Assembly (NCBI GenBank): GCA_964354285.1
Contig: CAYGYR010000001.1
Coordinates: forward strand, 262,424-326,423
Length of the DNA stretch: 64,000 nucleotides
Direction of reading: 5' to 3'
Source of the DNA: an uncultured Methanosarcinales archaeon
GTDB taxonomy: Archaea; Nanobdellota; Nanobdellia; Woesearchaeales; ARS49
The translations under genes were made by a program, and so were the position numbers. The notes below the pieces were generated by a model. The model was not told the origin of the DNA. It did no database searches and saw nothing but the letters and a program-made list of their open reading frames with translations. Below are positions 28,382 to 38,620 of this stretch, piece by piece; positions within the stretch are counted from its first letter, which is position 1; every line of letters starts with the position of its first letter.

Positions 28382-28810
28382 ATGATTGATATAGGAAGAT
28401 TATGCGTGAAGATAGCTGGCAGGGATGCTGGCAAGAAATGCGTTATTGTTGATATTCTTGATGATAACTTTGTTCTTATAGATGGAGAGACAAGAAGAAG
28501 GAAGTGCAACATATTCCATATTGAGGCATTTGACCAAGTGCTTGCAATAAAGAAAGGCGCAAGCCATGATGAAGTTGCAGATGCCCTGAAGAAAATAGGA
28601 GTAGAGGCAAGAAAAACAAAAGCAAAGGCAAAGACAGTAAAGCCGATAACATTGAGAAGAAGCAAACTGGCAACAAAGGCTCCTGCAGCAGCAACCTCAA
28701 AAAAAGAAGAGAAGCCAAAAGCAGCGCCTGCAAAAAAACCAGCAGTGAAAACAGAAGCAAAACCGAAGAAAGCAATCACGAAGAAACTTGCTGAGAAAAA
28801 AGAAGCTTAA
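28382..28810 (+). CDS. rpl14e: Ribosomal protein L14e with a KOW domain, fused to a C-terminal Lys/Ala/Pro-rich tail of about 60 aa.
   Basis: MIDIGRLCVKIAGRDAGKKCVIVDILDDNFVLIDGETRRRKCNIFHIE is L14e. The tail is KTKAKAKTVKP...KKEEKPKAAPAKKPAVKTEAKPKKAITKKLAEKKEA. Confidence 0.75.
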   Translation: MIDIGRLCVKIAGRDAGKKCVIVDILDDNFVLIDGETRRRKCNIFHIEAFDQVLAIKKGASHDEVADALKKIGVEARKTKAKAKTVKPITLRRSKLATKAPAAATSKKEEKPKAAPAKKPAVKTEAKPKKAITKKLAEKKEA

Positions 28811-28849
28811 GGCGTAAACAATATAAATTAGGCACTCATATCTCTAAGT

Positions 28850-29515
28850 ATGGAAGATGCTATGAGCTTCTCATTCACAGTAAACCTTAATCTGGGCGAA
28901 ACAACTAGCCAAGCGAGGTATTCTCTTACGAAATTAATAGCAAAAGAGGCGATTAATAAGAAGGCAATGCAGAAAATATATGAACTGCAAGGCCTGCTTG
29001 AATTTCTTGAAAACAAGCAACTGAAAACAATTGTTGAAATCGGAACTGCACTTGGCGGGACATTTTACGCCCTGTGCCAGATTGCGCCAGCAGATGCAAA
29101 AATAATAAGCATAGACCTTCCTGGCGGAAGATTTGGTGGGGAATTTAAAATAGAGTCCAGCCAAATAAAAAAATACGCAAAAGAAGGACAAACAGTGATT
29201 TTTCTTAGAGATGACTCTCACCAGGAATCAACAAAGAAGCAACTAGTGTCACATTTGGGCGGCAAGAAGATTGATGTTTTGCTAATTGACGGCGATCACA
29301 CATACGGAGGGGTTAAAAAAGATTTTGAAACGTATTCTCCCCTGGTTTCAAAGGGAGGAATCATAATCTTTCATGATATCTGCTTTCACCCCACTGTGCC
29401 AGAATGCCAGGTTGAAAAGCTTTGGAACGAGATAAAAAACACATTTGAGTATAAAGAAATAATCGATCCTCAAGACAAAGATTGGGGAGGGATTGGAATT
29501 CTCATAAATAACTAA
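28850..29515 (+). CDS. Class I SAM-dependent methyltransferase, CmcI-like (cephalosporin hydroxylase family).
   Basis: SAM-binding motif I is VEIGTALGGTF. The acidic motifs IDLPGG and LIDGDHTY are present. Size and order match the Methyltransf_24-type fold. Confidence 0.55.
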   Translation: MEDAMSFSFTVNLNLGETTSQARYSLTKLIAKEAINKKAMQKIYELQGLLEFLENKQLKTIVEIGTALGGTFYALCQIAPADAKIISIDLPGGRFGGEFKIESSQIKKYAKEGQTVIFLRDDSHQESTKKQLVSHLGGKKIDVLLIDGDHTYGGVKKDFETYSPLVSKGGIIIFHDICFHPTVPECQVEKLWNEIKNTFEYKEIIDPQDKDWGGIGILINN

Positions 29516-29524
29516 ATAAAAAAC

Positions 29525-31174
29525 TCAGCGGCCAATTGCCTCAAACAATTCTGTAAGGTTGAGCTCAAAAGCAGCTGCAGGCATGTCAATGCCGAAATTA
29601 TTCAAGACAGCAGGATGAATCTCTCCGATAAAAGCAACTTTCCTCTTGTTGACTATGATTCTTGCAACCCTGCCTGGAATAAATGTGCCGTGCTCTGCAT
29701 CCTCTATCTCATACGCAACACCAAGCATTCTTAGCAAGTAATCGAGAGCTTGCTTTATTTCGGTGTAGCTGGAGCTTGTGTGGCAGGTGATCGCTGCAAT
29801 GTACTCATAATCCAAAGCCTTATCATCTTTCTGGACAGTAACAAGCCCCTGCTCAAAGATTTTCTGAGGGTAATCTGTATGCTTGTTATGCATCAAGACA
29901 TCCATCAAGCCAGGAAGAATCCAAGAGCGCACAGCAGAGTAATTGAGGGACGTGTAATTCTCTATCTCAACCGTCCCAAAATCTTGAATGTTCATGCGTG
30001 AGTACAATGATTCTTTATTGACAAGAATAGGGCTCATTATCTCCTGATAGCCAAGGCCGACCATAACTTCTCTCACATTGTCAATAAACTTTCTTACTGG
30101 GAATGTCCTGCCAGAGGTGAATGTTGTGAGGGGCAGCGACAATATATTGCCATAGCCATACATCGTGCCAATGTCCTCAATAATATCAACAGGATGCATT
30201 ATGTCCTGTCTTATGCAAGGGACTGTTACCGTGTAGTTTGAGAAATCATACCTTGCCTTTTCAAGCAGCTTTTTTACCTCAGAATCGCTAAGATTTATGC
30301 CCAGCAGTTTATTTACGTCGTCCTTATCAATTTTTATTGTCTCTAGGCTGGTATCAGGGGTTACCTCCTGCTTGCGCGCATAAACAATCTTTACAGAATG
30401 TATCTTAAATCCCCGCGTGGCAAATGCATTTGCAAAAATATTTGCGGCGAGATTAACTGCCCTCTGGTCTGTCCCTGTTGCCTCAAAAAATATCTCATCA
30501 TCACCAATCTCAAGCTTCCCTGTCGCATTAGAGTTAATTATCGGCGGGAATGAAAGAACTTCTTTGTGCGCATCGACAAGCAAAGGATACCGCTTGCAGC
30601 CATTCAATATCCACGCATACTCCTTTCCTTTAGGGTGCTGCTCAAGAATCTGCAGCAGGTCCATCTCCTTGTCAAAATCCAGAGGGACAAAAGAAACAGT
30701 CCTTGGCTGGACAGCAACATAGCTTACAGGGAAAGTTATTTTCTTGCAGGGATAGATGCCGACTGCGACCTTCTGCCTTTTTCTGCCGTACTGTTCGCAG
30801 AATTTTTCCTGAAGCTGAATCATCTGCTTCAATAGGTAATCGTCAAGCTTTTGCCCTTTTGCAATAAATGCAGCAATGAACGGCCTTATTGCCTTCAAGG
30901 CCTTGTCAACAACTATTTTGTTGTCAGAGCTCTCGATTTTTATTCTTGGAACACCTTTTTCCTTGCCAAGAATGCCCTTGAATATCAGTGCCAGGCCCTC
31001 AGCAGACCAGAGGTAAGGAAGATTTGTGTCATTAAGCGAAGCTGTAACTTCATCTCCTGAAATTCCTTCAAGCTCCCCTTTTACCTGCTCAAAAAGGTTC
31101 TTTAGCTCTTCCTCCTTAAGCTTCTTGCCAACGAGGTTGTTCAAATCTTCGAGTGAAAATGTTATTGTTGGCAT
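29525..31174 (-). CDS. pheT: Phenylalanyl-tRNA synthetase beta subunit, archaeal type.
   Basis: It has B3/4 and B5 domain signatures, is 549 aa, and lies immediately downstream of pheS with a 1-nt overlap. Confidence 0.85.
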   Translation of the reverse strand: MPTITFSLEDLNNLVGKKLKEEELKNLFEQVKGELEGISGDEVTASLNDTNLPYLWSAEGLALIFKGILGKEKGVPRIKIESSDNKIVVDKALKAIRPFIAAFIAKGQKLDDYLLKQMIQLQEKFCEQYGRKRQKVAVGIYPCKKITFPVSYVAVQPRTVSFVPLDFDKEMDLLQILEQHPKGKEYAWILNGCKRYPLLVDAHKEVLSFPPIINSNATGKLEIGDDEIFFEATGTDQRAVNLAANIFANAFATRGFKIHSVKIVYARKQEVTPDTSLETIKIDKDDVNKLLGINLSDSEVKKLLEKARYDFSNYTVTVPCIRQDIMHPVDIIEDIGTMYGYGNILSLPLTTFTSGRTFPVRKFIDNVREVMVGLGYQEIMSPILVNKESLYSRMNIQDFGTVEIENYTSLNYSAVRSWILPGLMDVLMHNKHTDYPQKIFEQGLVTVQKDDKALDYEYIAAITCHTSSSYTEIKQALDYLLRMLGVAYEIEDAEHGTFIPGRVARIIVNKRKVAFIGEIHPAVLNNFGIDMPAAAFELNLTELFEAIGR

Positions 31175-32694
31175 CAGATCACCTTTGCGTTTCGCAGGTA
31201 GTTAATATCATGCGAGAACAGCTGTCTTATGTCAGTCAAGCCGAGCTTGAACATTGCAATCCTGTCAATGCCTATTCCCCAGGCAATAACAGGCATGTCC
31301 TTGCCGACAAGGGGCTTGACTATTTCCGGGCGGAAAATTCCGGCCCCGCCTAATTCTACCCAACCCATCACGGGATGTTTTGCAAAGAGCTCAACGCTTG
31401 GCTCTGTAAACGGGAAATATCCTGGAACAATCTTTATCTCCTCTGCGCCTGCAAATTCTTTTGCAAACATTTTCAAAATGCCAAAAAGATGCCTGATATT
31501 AAGGCCCTCTTCAATAATAATTCCCTCTGTCTGATAAAAGTCAGAGAGGTGCGTTGCATCAACAACATCTGGCCTGAAGCACCTCGCAATGCCAAAATAC
31601 CTTCCGGGAATCTCGAGATCTTTTGATGCAAGCATTCTAGCTGAACATGCTGTGCCCTGAGACCGCAATAACTGCCTTTTTGTTTCCTTTGCGTCAAAAG
31701 AATATCCCCAGCCCCTGCTTCCTGTGCCACCGCCAGTCTCGTGGACTGATTTTATTTTCTTGATCAGGTTTTCATCAACTGCCCCGTATTTGTGGTGTGC
31801 AACATAATACGCGCCGTGGATATCTCTTGCAGAGTGGAACTGCGGCATGTAGAGCGCATCCATGTTCCAGAATGCAGTCTCAACAAAAGGCCCGTTCATC
31901 TCTATAAATCCCATCTCAATGAATTTTTCACGCACCGTGTCAATGAACCTGCGATAGCTCTGCTTTTTTCCTGCAAATATTTTCGGGACATTTATCTGAA
32001 CATCATAGCGCCTGAAGCTTTTCTCACGCCACTCGCCGCTGCGAATCATCTGCGGAGTCAATACATCAGCTACTTTTTCGCCGCCAATGCCTGCATCAAT
32101 AATGCTTTGGCCTATATCCAGCAGCTCTACCTTCTTAAGCTTTTGAAGCTCGACCTTGACAATATCCTTTCTCTTTCTTAAGTTTTCAAGCGCGAGCTTA
32201 TCTTCCGGGTTTAGGTCTTTTATCTCAACAGGAAATGTTTTTTTCAGAAATGCTTCTTCAAGAAACTCTTTTTCAAGATAGCTCTTGCCCTGGTCTGTCA
32301 GTTTTACCTTCAGCTCCTTGTTCTTGATTATCAAGACTAGAGCTTTCTTGCGGAGAACACCGAGGCAGATATTAAGCTCTTCTTTGGATATGTTTGCTTT
32401 CTCAAACTTGGAGAGAGAAAGCTCCTTATCTTTCAGAAACTCTATGAACCTTCTTTCAGGAAGCTTTTCCTTGAGATATTTCAGGCCGTTCATGTCAAGG
32501 TCAGCAACCTCCTTGAGCTCTGTGCTTATGCTCACTGCCTTCTTGTTCTGAAGCCACTGCAGCGCTCTCATGACCTCAACATCCTTCAGCCCTGTCGCTG
32601 AAACAATCTGCGGCAGGGTCTTATACTTATCAAGAACAGGTAGTACTTTCCTCTCAAGAGGATGTAACGACTCAGCTAGTTTTTTTATGTCCAT
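31174..32694 (-). CDS. pheS: Phenylalanyl-tRNA synthetase alpha subunit.
   Basis: Class II motifs are present: FRPDVVDATHLSDFYQTEG and GAGIFRPEIV...AWGIGIDRIAM. Long archaeal N-terminal wHTH repeats are also present. Confidence 0.9.
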   Translation of the reverse strand: MDIKKLAESLHPLERKVLPVLDKYKTLPQIVSATGLKDVEVMRALQWLQNKKAVSISTELKEVADLDMNGLKYLKEKLPERRFIEFLKDKELSLSKFEKANISKEELNICLGVLRKKALVLIIKNKELKVKLTDQGKSYLEKEFLEEAFLKKTFPVEIKDLNPEDKLALENLRKRKDIVKVELQKLKKVELLDIGQSIIDAGIGGEKVADVLTPQMIRSGEWREKSFRRYDVQINVPKIFAGKKQSYRRFIDTVREKFIEMGFIEMNGPFVETAFWNMDALYMPQFHSARDIHGAYYVAHHKYGAVDENLIKKIKSVHETGGGTGSRGWGYSFDAKETKRQLLRSQGTACSARMLASKDLEIPGRYFGIARCFRPDVVDATHLSDFYQTEGIIIEEGLNIRHLFGILKMFAKEFAGAEEIKIVPGYFPFTEPSVELFAKHPVMGWVELGGAGIFRPEIVKPLVGKDMPVIAWGIGIDRIAMFKLGLTDIRQLFSHDINYLRNAKVI

Positions 32695-32724
32695 GTCAAA
32701 AAAAAGAATTAAAAAATTGTTGTT

Positions 32725-33528
32725 TTACTTCACATGCTTCATTGATTTCCAGTTTGCCTCAAACAGGTTCTCAAGGGCTTGCGCAAAGTATGGCGTGTTC
32801 ACCCAGATTCCAACATCATATGTCGGATGGACTTCCTTGTCGTCCATAATCATGAACACCAGCTCTTTGCCATCAACAATGCAGAACCTTGCTTTTGAAT
32901 CAGTGTGCCTTACCTCTGCGTAGGGTAAAACCTCACTAAAGGCCTGCTTTGTTTCTTTGGTAAGAGGCGCTGCAATTCTTATCCTCACGCCTTTCTTCTT
33001 TAATTTTTCAAAGACTGGCTTCAATCCCTCAACTTTTCTCATGAAACCCTGCGGCGTTGTCATTATCGTAACTGATTTTTGCGCGTTTTTGATTGCAAGC
33101 TCGAGATGGTTGTAGAGGTTATGCCTTCCTTTCAGGCTGCCGCTGAGCTCTGAAGGCTCAACAAGCTCTATCCCCTGCGTGTGCAGTGAATTTAGCTCCG
33201 TAATAACATCTGTGCTCTTAAGGTCTTCAAGCCTCTTTACCCGTTCTGTTGCCTCTTCTCGTAAATTTTTCTTAACTCGCTCAAGGACTTCCTGGGGAGC
33301 GACAGCAATGTATTTTATTGGCTTTCCAAGCTTCATAATAACATATCCTTTTTTTTCAAGGCTCTCAAGAACATCATAACTCCTGCTCCTTGGAACATTA
33401 GCAATATCAGAAAGCTCTCCTGCAGTGGCAACACCCCTTGAAAGAAGCGCAGCCCATACCTTTACTTCATACAAGTTCAGAGAAAAAATGCGCCTTAATT
33501 TGCTTAAAAATTCTTCTTTTACAATCAT
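32725..33528 (-). CDS. trmB: TrmB-family transcriptional regulator.
   Basis: The N-terminal wHTH reads LSRGVATAGELSDIANVPRSRSYDVLESLEKKGYVIMKLGKPIKYIAV. A C-terminal sugar-binding-like domain is present. It is paralogous to 53891..54682. Confidence 0.8.
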   Translation of the reverse strand: MIVKEEFLSKLRRIFSLNLYEVKVWAALLSRGVATAGELSDIANVPRSRSYDVLESLEKKGYVIMKLGKPIKYIAVAPQEVLERVKKNLREEATERVKRLEDLKSTDVITELNSLHTQGIELVEPSELSGSLKGRHNLYNHLELAIKNAQKSVTIMTTPQGFMRKVEGLKPVFEKLKKKGVRIRIAAPLTKETKQAFSEVLPYAEVRHTDSKARFCIVDGKELVFMIMDDKEVHPTYDVGIWVNTPYFAQALENLFEANWKSMKHVK

Positions 33529-33741
33529 GTATGCCTCCCCCCTTTTTTTGTTATTTGCCTGAGGTAAAACTTAACCACTATTTATATGTTACGGTTTGGA
33601 TGCACTACAAAGAGGGAACATAATAGTGGCCAAGACCGTCGCTATTTCATAGTGGAGAAAGTGCAAGCAGATATATAAACATTTATGTTATTGAGAATAG
33701 ATTTTGAAATGCAGCTGAACCAAAGTAGCAGTATTACAATA

Positions 33742-34791
33742 TTAGTAATGCAGTTTGAACCTGAGAACTGCGCCAAGACCGCTGAGGCCATCAAGCTTCT
33801 TTCCGCCAGCATGCTCTGATGAGACAATTGTTATTTTGGCTTTTATGCCATCTGACAACCGCATCAAGGCCTCAAGCCTTGAGAACGTTCCCTCCTCCCG
33901 CGTCTTTGCAATCAGGGAATCTGTCACAAGCAAATCACGTATTGCGCCCATTGTGGCTGCCTGCTCAACCTCATCAAATCCGTAAGCAGCAAGACCTTGC
34001 TTAGAGATTTCTGATAGAAGCTCCTCAACAAGAGCGATTTCCTTGCTTACCCTCTCCTCCTGCAGAGCCTGCTGAACTTCTGTTCTTTTTAGAACCTCGT
34101 CAACTGCAGACTGGTCAGCAGAAGAGCACGTTGCCGAGAGTATTTTCTTTTTCAATCCATCATTTTTCAAGACCTTGAAAAGCTCTTCCTTCCAAAAAGA
34201 AGGGCTGGCGAGGATTATCTTGTCAAGCTCGTATCTTTTGTCATACTCCTCAAGCATGTGAATTATTTCTGAATAAAAATCGCCTTTGACTGCGCCCTCA
34301 ACCCCTTTCTTTGCAACAGACCCTTTTATCTGGCTGAGAACCTCATACCCTGCCCGCTTCATCATTGCAAAAAATGCATCTTCCCTGTCAAAAACACAGA
34401 TTAAAATCTTCGGCATCTTTGCCTGGCATGCCTCTTTAAGGCGGTCCATCTGGTAGCCGAGCCACCTCTCCTTGGTTATGGAGATTATGGTGCCTTCCTC
34501 AACATTGAAAGTGTGATAGCTTCCTCGCGGGACATCCTCTGGCCCCTCTATGATTTTTCCTGACAGCCTAAGAACATTTGCTGAAAACTCTATTTTTTCA
34601 ACCTGAAGAGCAAGAAAGACGGGCTTTCTTATCGCTTCCCGTTCCTCTCCTCCAACCTTGATTTTTCTAAGGGTCTTTCCTTTAACAAAATCATCTTCAT
34701 CAATTATCTGGCTGAGATACCAAAGGTCATCTGAGTTCTCAACCTTTACCTTGACCTCTCCTTGCTTGAAATTAGTGCCTATGATTTTCAT
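33742..34791 (-). CDS. pelA: Pelota/Dom34 mRNA surveillance protein, aRF1-like.
   Basis: It has the MKIIGTNFKQGEVKVKVENSDDLWYL N-domain and eRF1-like central and C-terminal domains. I chose the start at the internal Met. Confidence 0.8.
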   Translation of the reverse strand: MKIIGTNFKQGEVKVKVENSDDLWYLSQIIDEDDFVKGKTLRKIKVGGEEREAIRKPVFLALQVEKIEFSANVLRLSGKIIEGPEDVPRGSYHTFNVEEGTIISITKERWLGYQMDRLKEACQAKMPKILICVFDREDAFFAMMKRAGYEVLSQIKGSVAKKGVEGAVKGDFYSEIIHMLEEYDKRYELDKIILASPSFWKEELFKVLKNDGLKKKILSATCSSADQSAVDEVLKRTEVQQALQEERVSKEIALVEELLSEISKQGLAAYGFDEVEQAATMGAIRDLLVTDSLIAKTREEGTFSRLEALMRLSDGIKAKITIVSSEHAGGKKLDGLSGLGAVLRFKLHY

Positions 34792-34955
34792 AACAAAATC
34801 AAAGGCCCTTTGACTTTTAAATCTTTGCCTGATACAAAGCCAAGAATAACAAACCCCAAGCACACTGCAACCAGCAAAACATTTATATATACTTTACTGG
34901 TAATAAACAATATAAAAACTCATAAGTAAGTAATACTGAAAAAAAAGGTGATTGC

Positions 34956-36122
34956 ATGATAACAAACAAGAGAGGCCAAGAGGCACCGGGCGGAGGTAGT
35001 GCAGCCACACTCGTTGGCATCATAACACTGCTTTTCGTTTTCTACATTCTGTTCCTGCCATCTGCAGAACGCGAAGAACTGCTGGCAGATGAAAAAGCAC
35101 CTGGAGTTATAGAGGCAGAAACGCCACTTCTGCAAGCTGCAATCGGTTGGCTTGAGACAGTTCCGCAAAACGAGATAGAGCACACTGTTCCTAATATTTA
35201 TCTGCAAGAGCTTAAATCAGCGCAAGTCATCTCCATGATGAGCCCTTTCACAATTAAAAAAACACTCACTAGCTCTGAAACAAAGAACTTTACATTTGGA
35301 ATTTCTGACCCTGCAAGCACAGAAAGCGTGATGCTGAGCTTTGCAGCACCCAAAAGGCAGGGAACACTCAAAGTAATATTCAATGGCTATAATGTATTTG
35401 AGGGCGAGATAACACAACTAAATCCTGCGCCAATTTCCATAGACAAGAACTACTTGCAGCAAATAAACACTGTTTTATTTGAGGTAAAGGGATTTGGCCT
35501 GCCACAAAAAGAATACAGCTTCACAGATGTTAAAGTAATCGGCGATGTTGTTGATGTAATGCGCATGACTGCCACAGAAACAATCCCGATATCAGACACA
35601 GAATACAATAATCTCGAAAGAGCAACACTAACATACTATACTGCATGCGACCAGCTTTCAGCAGGGCTGCTTGAGATAAGCTTCAACAGCAAACCTGTAT
35701 TTTCAGGAATGCCCTCCTGCGACAGCCCTAGCAAGCTTGACCTGTTCCAGGATGACATAAAGCCAGGCAAGAACGTGATTACATTCAAGACATCAAAAGG
35801 CAGCATTGGCATAGAGCAGCTAAAACTTGACACAACACTAAAGCCAACAAAAGGATACAGCAATTTCTTCACAGTATCGCAGTCGCTTTATGCTGCTGTG
35901 AAAAAAGGCGATGCAAGAGTTGTGCTAAATATCGAATTTGTTGACGCAGTTAATGACAAAAGAGTGCAGACAAACCTCAACGGAAGGCTTGACATCATTG
36001 ACCAGAAAGAGGCAAAATTTGAGCGCGATATCAGCAAGGTGATTGTGAACGGCAACAACTATATTGAGCTGACTCCTTTGACAAATGTAAACATCGCAAA
36101 GCTCGAGATAATGCCTGAGTAA
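34956..36122 (+). CDS. N-terminally TM-anchored extracellular protein of 388 aa, function unknown. It is the first gene of a plus-strand surface cluster.
   Basis: It has a TM helix LVGIITLLFVFYILFLP followed by a large soluble domain. Confidence 0.5.
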   Translation: MITNKRGQEAPGGGSAATLVGIITLLFVFYILFLPSAEREELLADEKAPGVIEAETPLLQAAIGWLETVPQNEIEHTVPNIYLQELKSAQVISMMSPFTIKKTLTSSETKNFTFGISDPASTESVMLSFAAPKRQGTLKVIFNGYNVFEGEITQLNPAPISIDKNYLQQINTVLFEVKGFGLPQKEYSFTDVKVIGDVVDVMRMTATETIPISDTEYNNLERATLTYYTACDQLSAGLLEISFNSKPVFSGMPSCDSPSKLDLFQDDIKPGKNVITFKTSKGSIGIEQLKLDTTLKPTKGYSNFFTVSQSLYAAVKKGDARVVLNIEFVDAVNDKRVQTNLNGRLDIIDQKEAKFERDISKVIVNGNNYIELTPLTNVNIAKLEIMPE

Positions 36123-36130
36123 TTCTTAAA

Positions 36131-37651
36131 ATGGCAGGACCCACAACATCCGGCGACAAACCATCAAAATTAAGCATGTTCGGTCTACTTTTCTTTGCCG
36201 CAGCTGTACATACAATGGATGCGTTCATGCGTCTGCCTGGCGGAAAAGTCAACTTCTATGTTTGGACTATGTTCTTTATACTGTATGCAATCCTTGCAAC
36301 AATGGGAACGAGCAGGCTGGGAACATGGAAGGGGCCGGCGATCGCATCAGGCCTCGCTGCTTTTGTGATACCATTTATATACGTGTACATTGCAAGAAGC
36401 TCTATTGTTATTGGAATGCTCATGCTATTAATGCCCACGTGGATAATTTACCTCCTAATTTTTCACGGAGAGTATTACCCCTGGACAAGCTGGCTCTACA
36501 TGATGTTCTGGATAATCTTCCTTGCATTCTCTTACATGCCCCAAATCCAAAACTATGCCTCAACACAAGGATATGAGCTTCCAACAATATCCCCAGGAAT
36601 AGTTGTGAGGTACACTGGAACAGCATTGATGCAAGGCTTCCAGAATGCAAAACAATCAGTACAATCCATGTACAGCACAGTGGGCAGAGAAATTAAGGTG
36701 TCAATTAAGGCTGCAAAAGGTGATTATTACACAGGCAGTGTAGACCAGAGCGCTGAAAAAATCACAGGAGTTTACGTTGACGGGCTAAAGCCTGTGCAGC
36801 AGGAATTTTTTGAGGGAAGGCCTGCGACAATACGCGGCCAAATACGCGCAGCAACTGTTGCACAGCCAATAAACATCCACTTAACATGCATTGCAGAGCC
36901 TGGAAACATTGCTGCAAAAAGCATAGAGCCTGAAAAAGATATCACTGTTGTAGGAAGCATAACAAAACCAATTTCCTGTGTTTTTGAGGGGCTGACTGCA
37001 AAATACTACACAACAAAACTCACTGTTGACTTTAATTTCGCAACAAGGGCATACCAAAGAGTTTATTTCATGAATGAAGAGAGGCTGCAGGAATACCTGA
37101 TTTTAGGAAAAGACCCCCTAGAGGGATACACTGACAAAATGCCGACAACACAATACTCTCCAGGCCCAATAATGATTGGGATGACAGAGAGCTTCCCAAC
37201 ACAGCCTGTTGGAATAACACAGGGAAAAAACGGGCCAATAGTAGGAATAACTGTTGATAATTTCTGGGGCGGGACGCTAAAAGAGGTAAAAGATCTTGTA
37301 ATTTACACGCCAAAAGGCCTTGATATAAAAGATATAAATGGAGTTTATCCACTAAAAATAAGCTGCTCAGACTTGCGCACAGAAGAAAGCGTCGGGTGCG
37401 ATGACAATCTTGAAAGCATATACAGGATGCCTCCTGCAGAGATGCAGATGCTAAGCCAAACAACAGTCAAAACATATGAAGCACATACTTTCGTGAGCGA
37501 CAGTGCTAAATTAATCAGCGACCCAAAAACAATCAAAGTCACAGTGGATTATGACTACAAATACACGCAGGAGCTTGGAATCAGCGTCAAATCCCGCCCA
37601 ACAACAACATCCCCTGCGACACTGCCATCCATACTAACAATAACATCATAA
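36131..37651 (+). CDS. Polytopic membrane protein with about 4 TM helices, fused to an extracellular domain paralogous to the three downstream lipoproteins.
   Basis: There are four hydrophobic helices in the first 130 aa. The C-terminal KVTVDYDYKY motif is shared with 37653, 38621 and 39589. Confidence 0.55.
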   Translation: MAGPTTSGDKPSKLSMFGLLFFAAAVHTMDAFMRLPGGKVNFYVWTMFFILYAILATMGTSRLGTWKGPAIASGLAAFVIPFIYVYIARSSIVIGMLMLLMPTWIIYLLIFHGEYYPWTSWLYMMFWIIFLAFSYMPQIQNYASTQGYELPTISPGIVVRYTGTALMQGFQNAKQSVQSMYSTVGREIKVSIKAAKGDYYTGSVDQSAEKITGVYVDGLKPVQQEFFEGRPATIRGQIRAATVAQPINIHLTCIAEPGNIAAKSIEPEKDITVVGSITKPISCVFEGLTAKYYTTKLTVDFNFATRAYQRVYFMNEERLQEYLILGKDPLEGYTDKMPTTQYSPGPIMIGMTESFPTQPVGITQGKNGPIVGITVDNFWGGTLKEVKDLVIYTPKGLDIKDINGVYPLKISCSDLRTEESVGCDDNLESIYRMPPAEMQMLSQTTVKTYEAHTFVSDSAKLISDPKTIKVTVDYDYKYTQELGISVKSRPTTTSPATLPSILTITS

Positions 37652-37652
37652 C

Positions 37653-38582
37653 ATGAAAAAAACAATTGCACTCCTATTAATCATTGTCACCATAACCGGC
37701 TGCCAGTTCATGCCTGTTAAGAAAGAACAGATAGCAGTGCCTGACATCCACACTGGCGTAAATGGCGTGACTCTTGAATTCCTTGAAAACGCGCCGCCTG
37801 CAGAGATTTACGAAGAACGCCCATTTGATATCATAGTCAAGGTTCACAATCAAGGCGCAAATGATGTTCGCGGCGGAATGTTACTAATTGGCGTTGAGGA
37901 ACAAAATGTTGAGCTCACAGGACAAAAAGACCTGAGATTTGACCTTGCAGGAAAATCAGCATACAACTCAGAAGGTGTCTTTGACATGAAACAGTTCAGG
38001 GCAACTGCAAGAAAACTAAGCCCTGCGGCAGGAAAAATATATCCGACAACAGTAACAGCAACCGCGTGCTATGCATACAAAACAGCAGCAACCGCGCTTG
38101 TGTGCATTGACACAGACCTTCTTGGAATTGTAAAAAACAAGCCATGCAAGACAAGCACACAAAGCCATGGCTCTGGACAGGGCGCACCTGTTGCAGTAAC
38201 ATCTGTTGTGCCAAAAATGCTGCCTCATGCAGACCCTGACATGATAACCCCTGAATTCACGATAAGCATAGCAAACCGCGGAGTGGGAGATGTTGTTGCA
38301 GGAGAAAAAGTATATGAAGCATGCAGTGGCAAAAAATTAGGGCAGGATAGCTGGAATGCAGTAAAAATCAGCGCATCACTCTCTGACCAATACCTTGAAT
38401 GCAAGCCATCTGTATTAAAGATAGTGACAGGAGAAAACAAAGCGGTGTGCACAATAACAGGCGGCATCAGCAAGGAACTTGGAACTTATCTTGCACCATT
38501 ATCGATTGAGCTGGACTATGGCTACATGAGCAGAAAAGTAAAATCCATGTCTATCACAAGATTGCTAGGCAGCAGTTATTAG
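37653..38582 (+). CDS. Putative lipoprotein of 309 aa, paralog 1 of the surface-domain family.
   Basis: MKKTIALLLIIVTITGC is a lipobox-like Cys after the signal peptide. Shared motifs are ACYAYKTAATALVCID and LDYGY. Confidence 0.6.
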   Translation: MKKTIALLLIIVTITGCQFMPVKKEQIAVPDIHTGVNGVTLEFLENAPPAEIYEERPFDIIVKVHNQGANDVRGGMLLIGVEEQNVELTGQKDLRFDLAGKSAYNSEGVFDMKQFRATARKLSPAAGKIYPTTVTATACYAYKTAATALVCIDTDLLGIVKNKPCKTSTQSHGSGQGAPVAVTSVVPKMLPHADPDMITPEFTISIANRGVGDVVAGEKVYEACSGKKLGQDSWNAVKISASLSDQYLECKPSVLKIVTGENKAVCTITGGISKELGTYLAPLSIELDYGYMSRKVKSMSITRLLGSSY

Positions 38583-38620
38583 TAAATAACAAAAAAATAT
38601 TTAAAAACGAGAACCAAAGC

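Noticed and set aside
34791-34863. Extended pelota N-terminus (MLGVCYSWLCIRQRFKSQRAFDFV).
   Set aside because: Pelota orthologs start with an MKI... N-domain. The Cys/Arg-rich extension lacks conservation and was probably added by the ORF caller.
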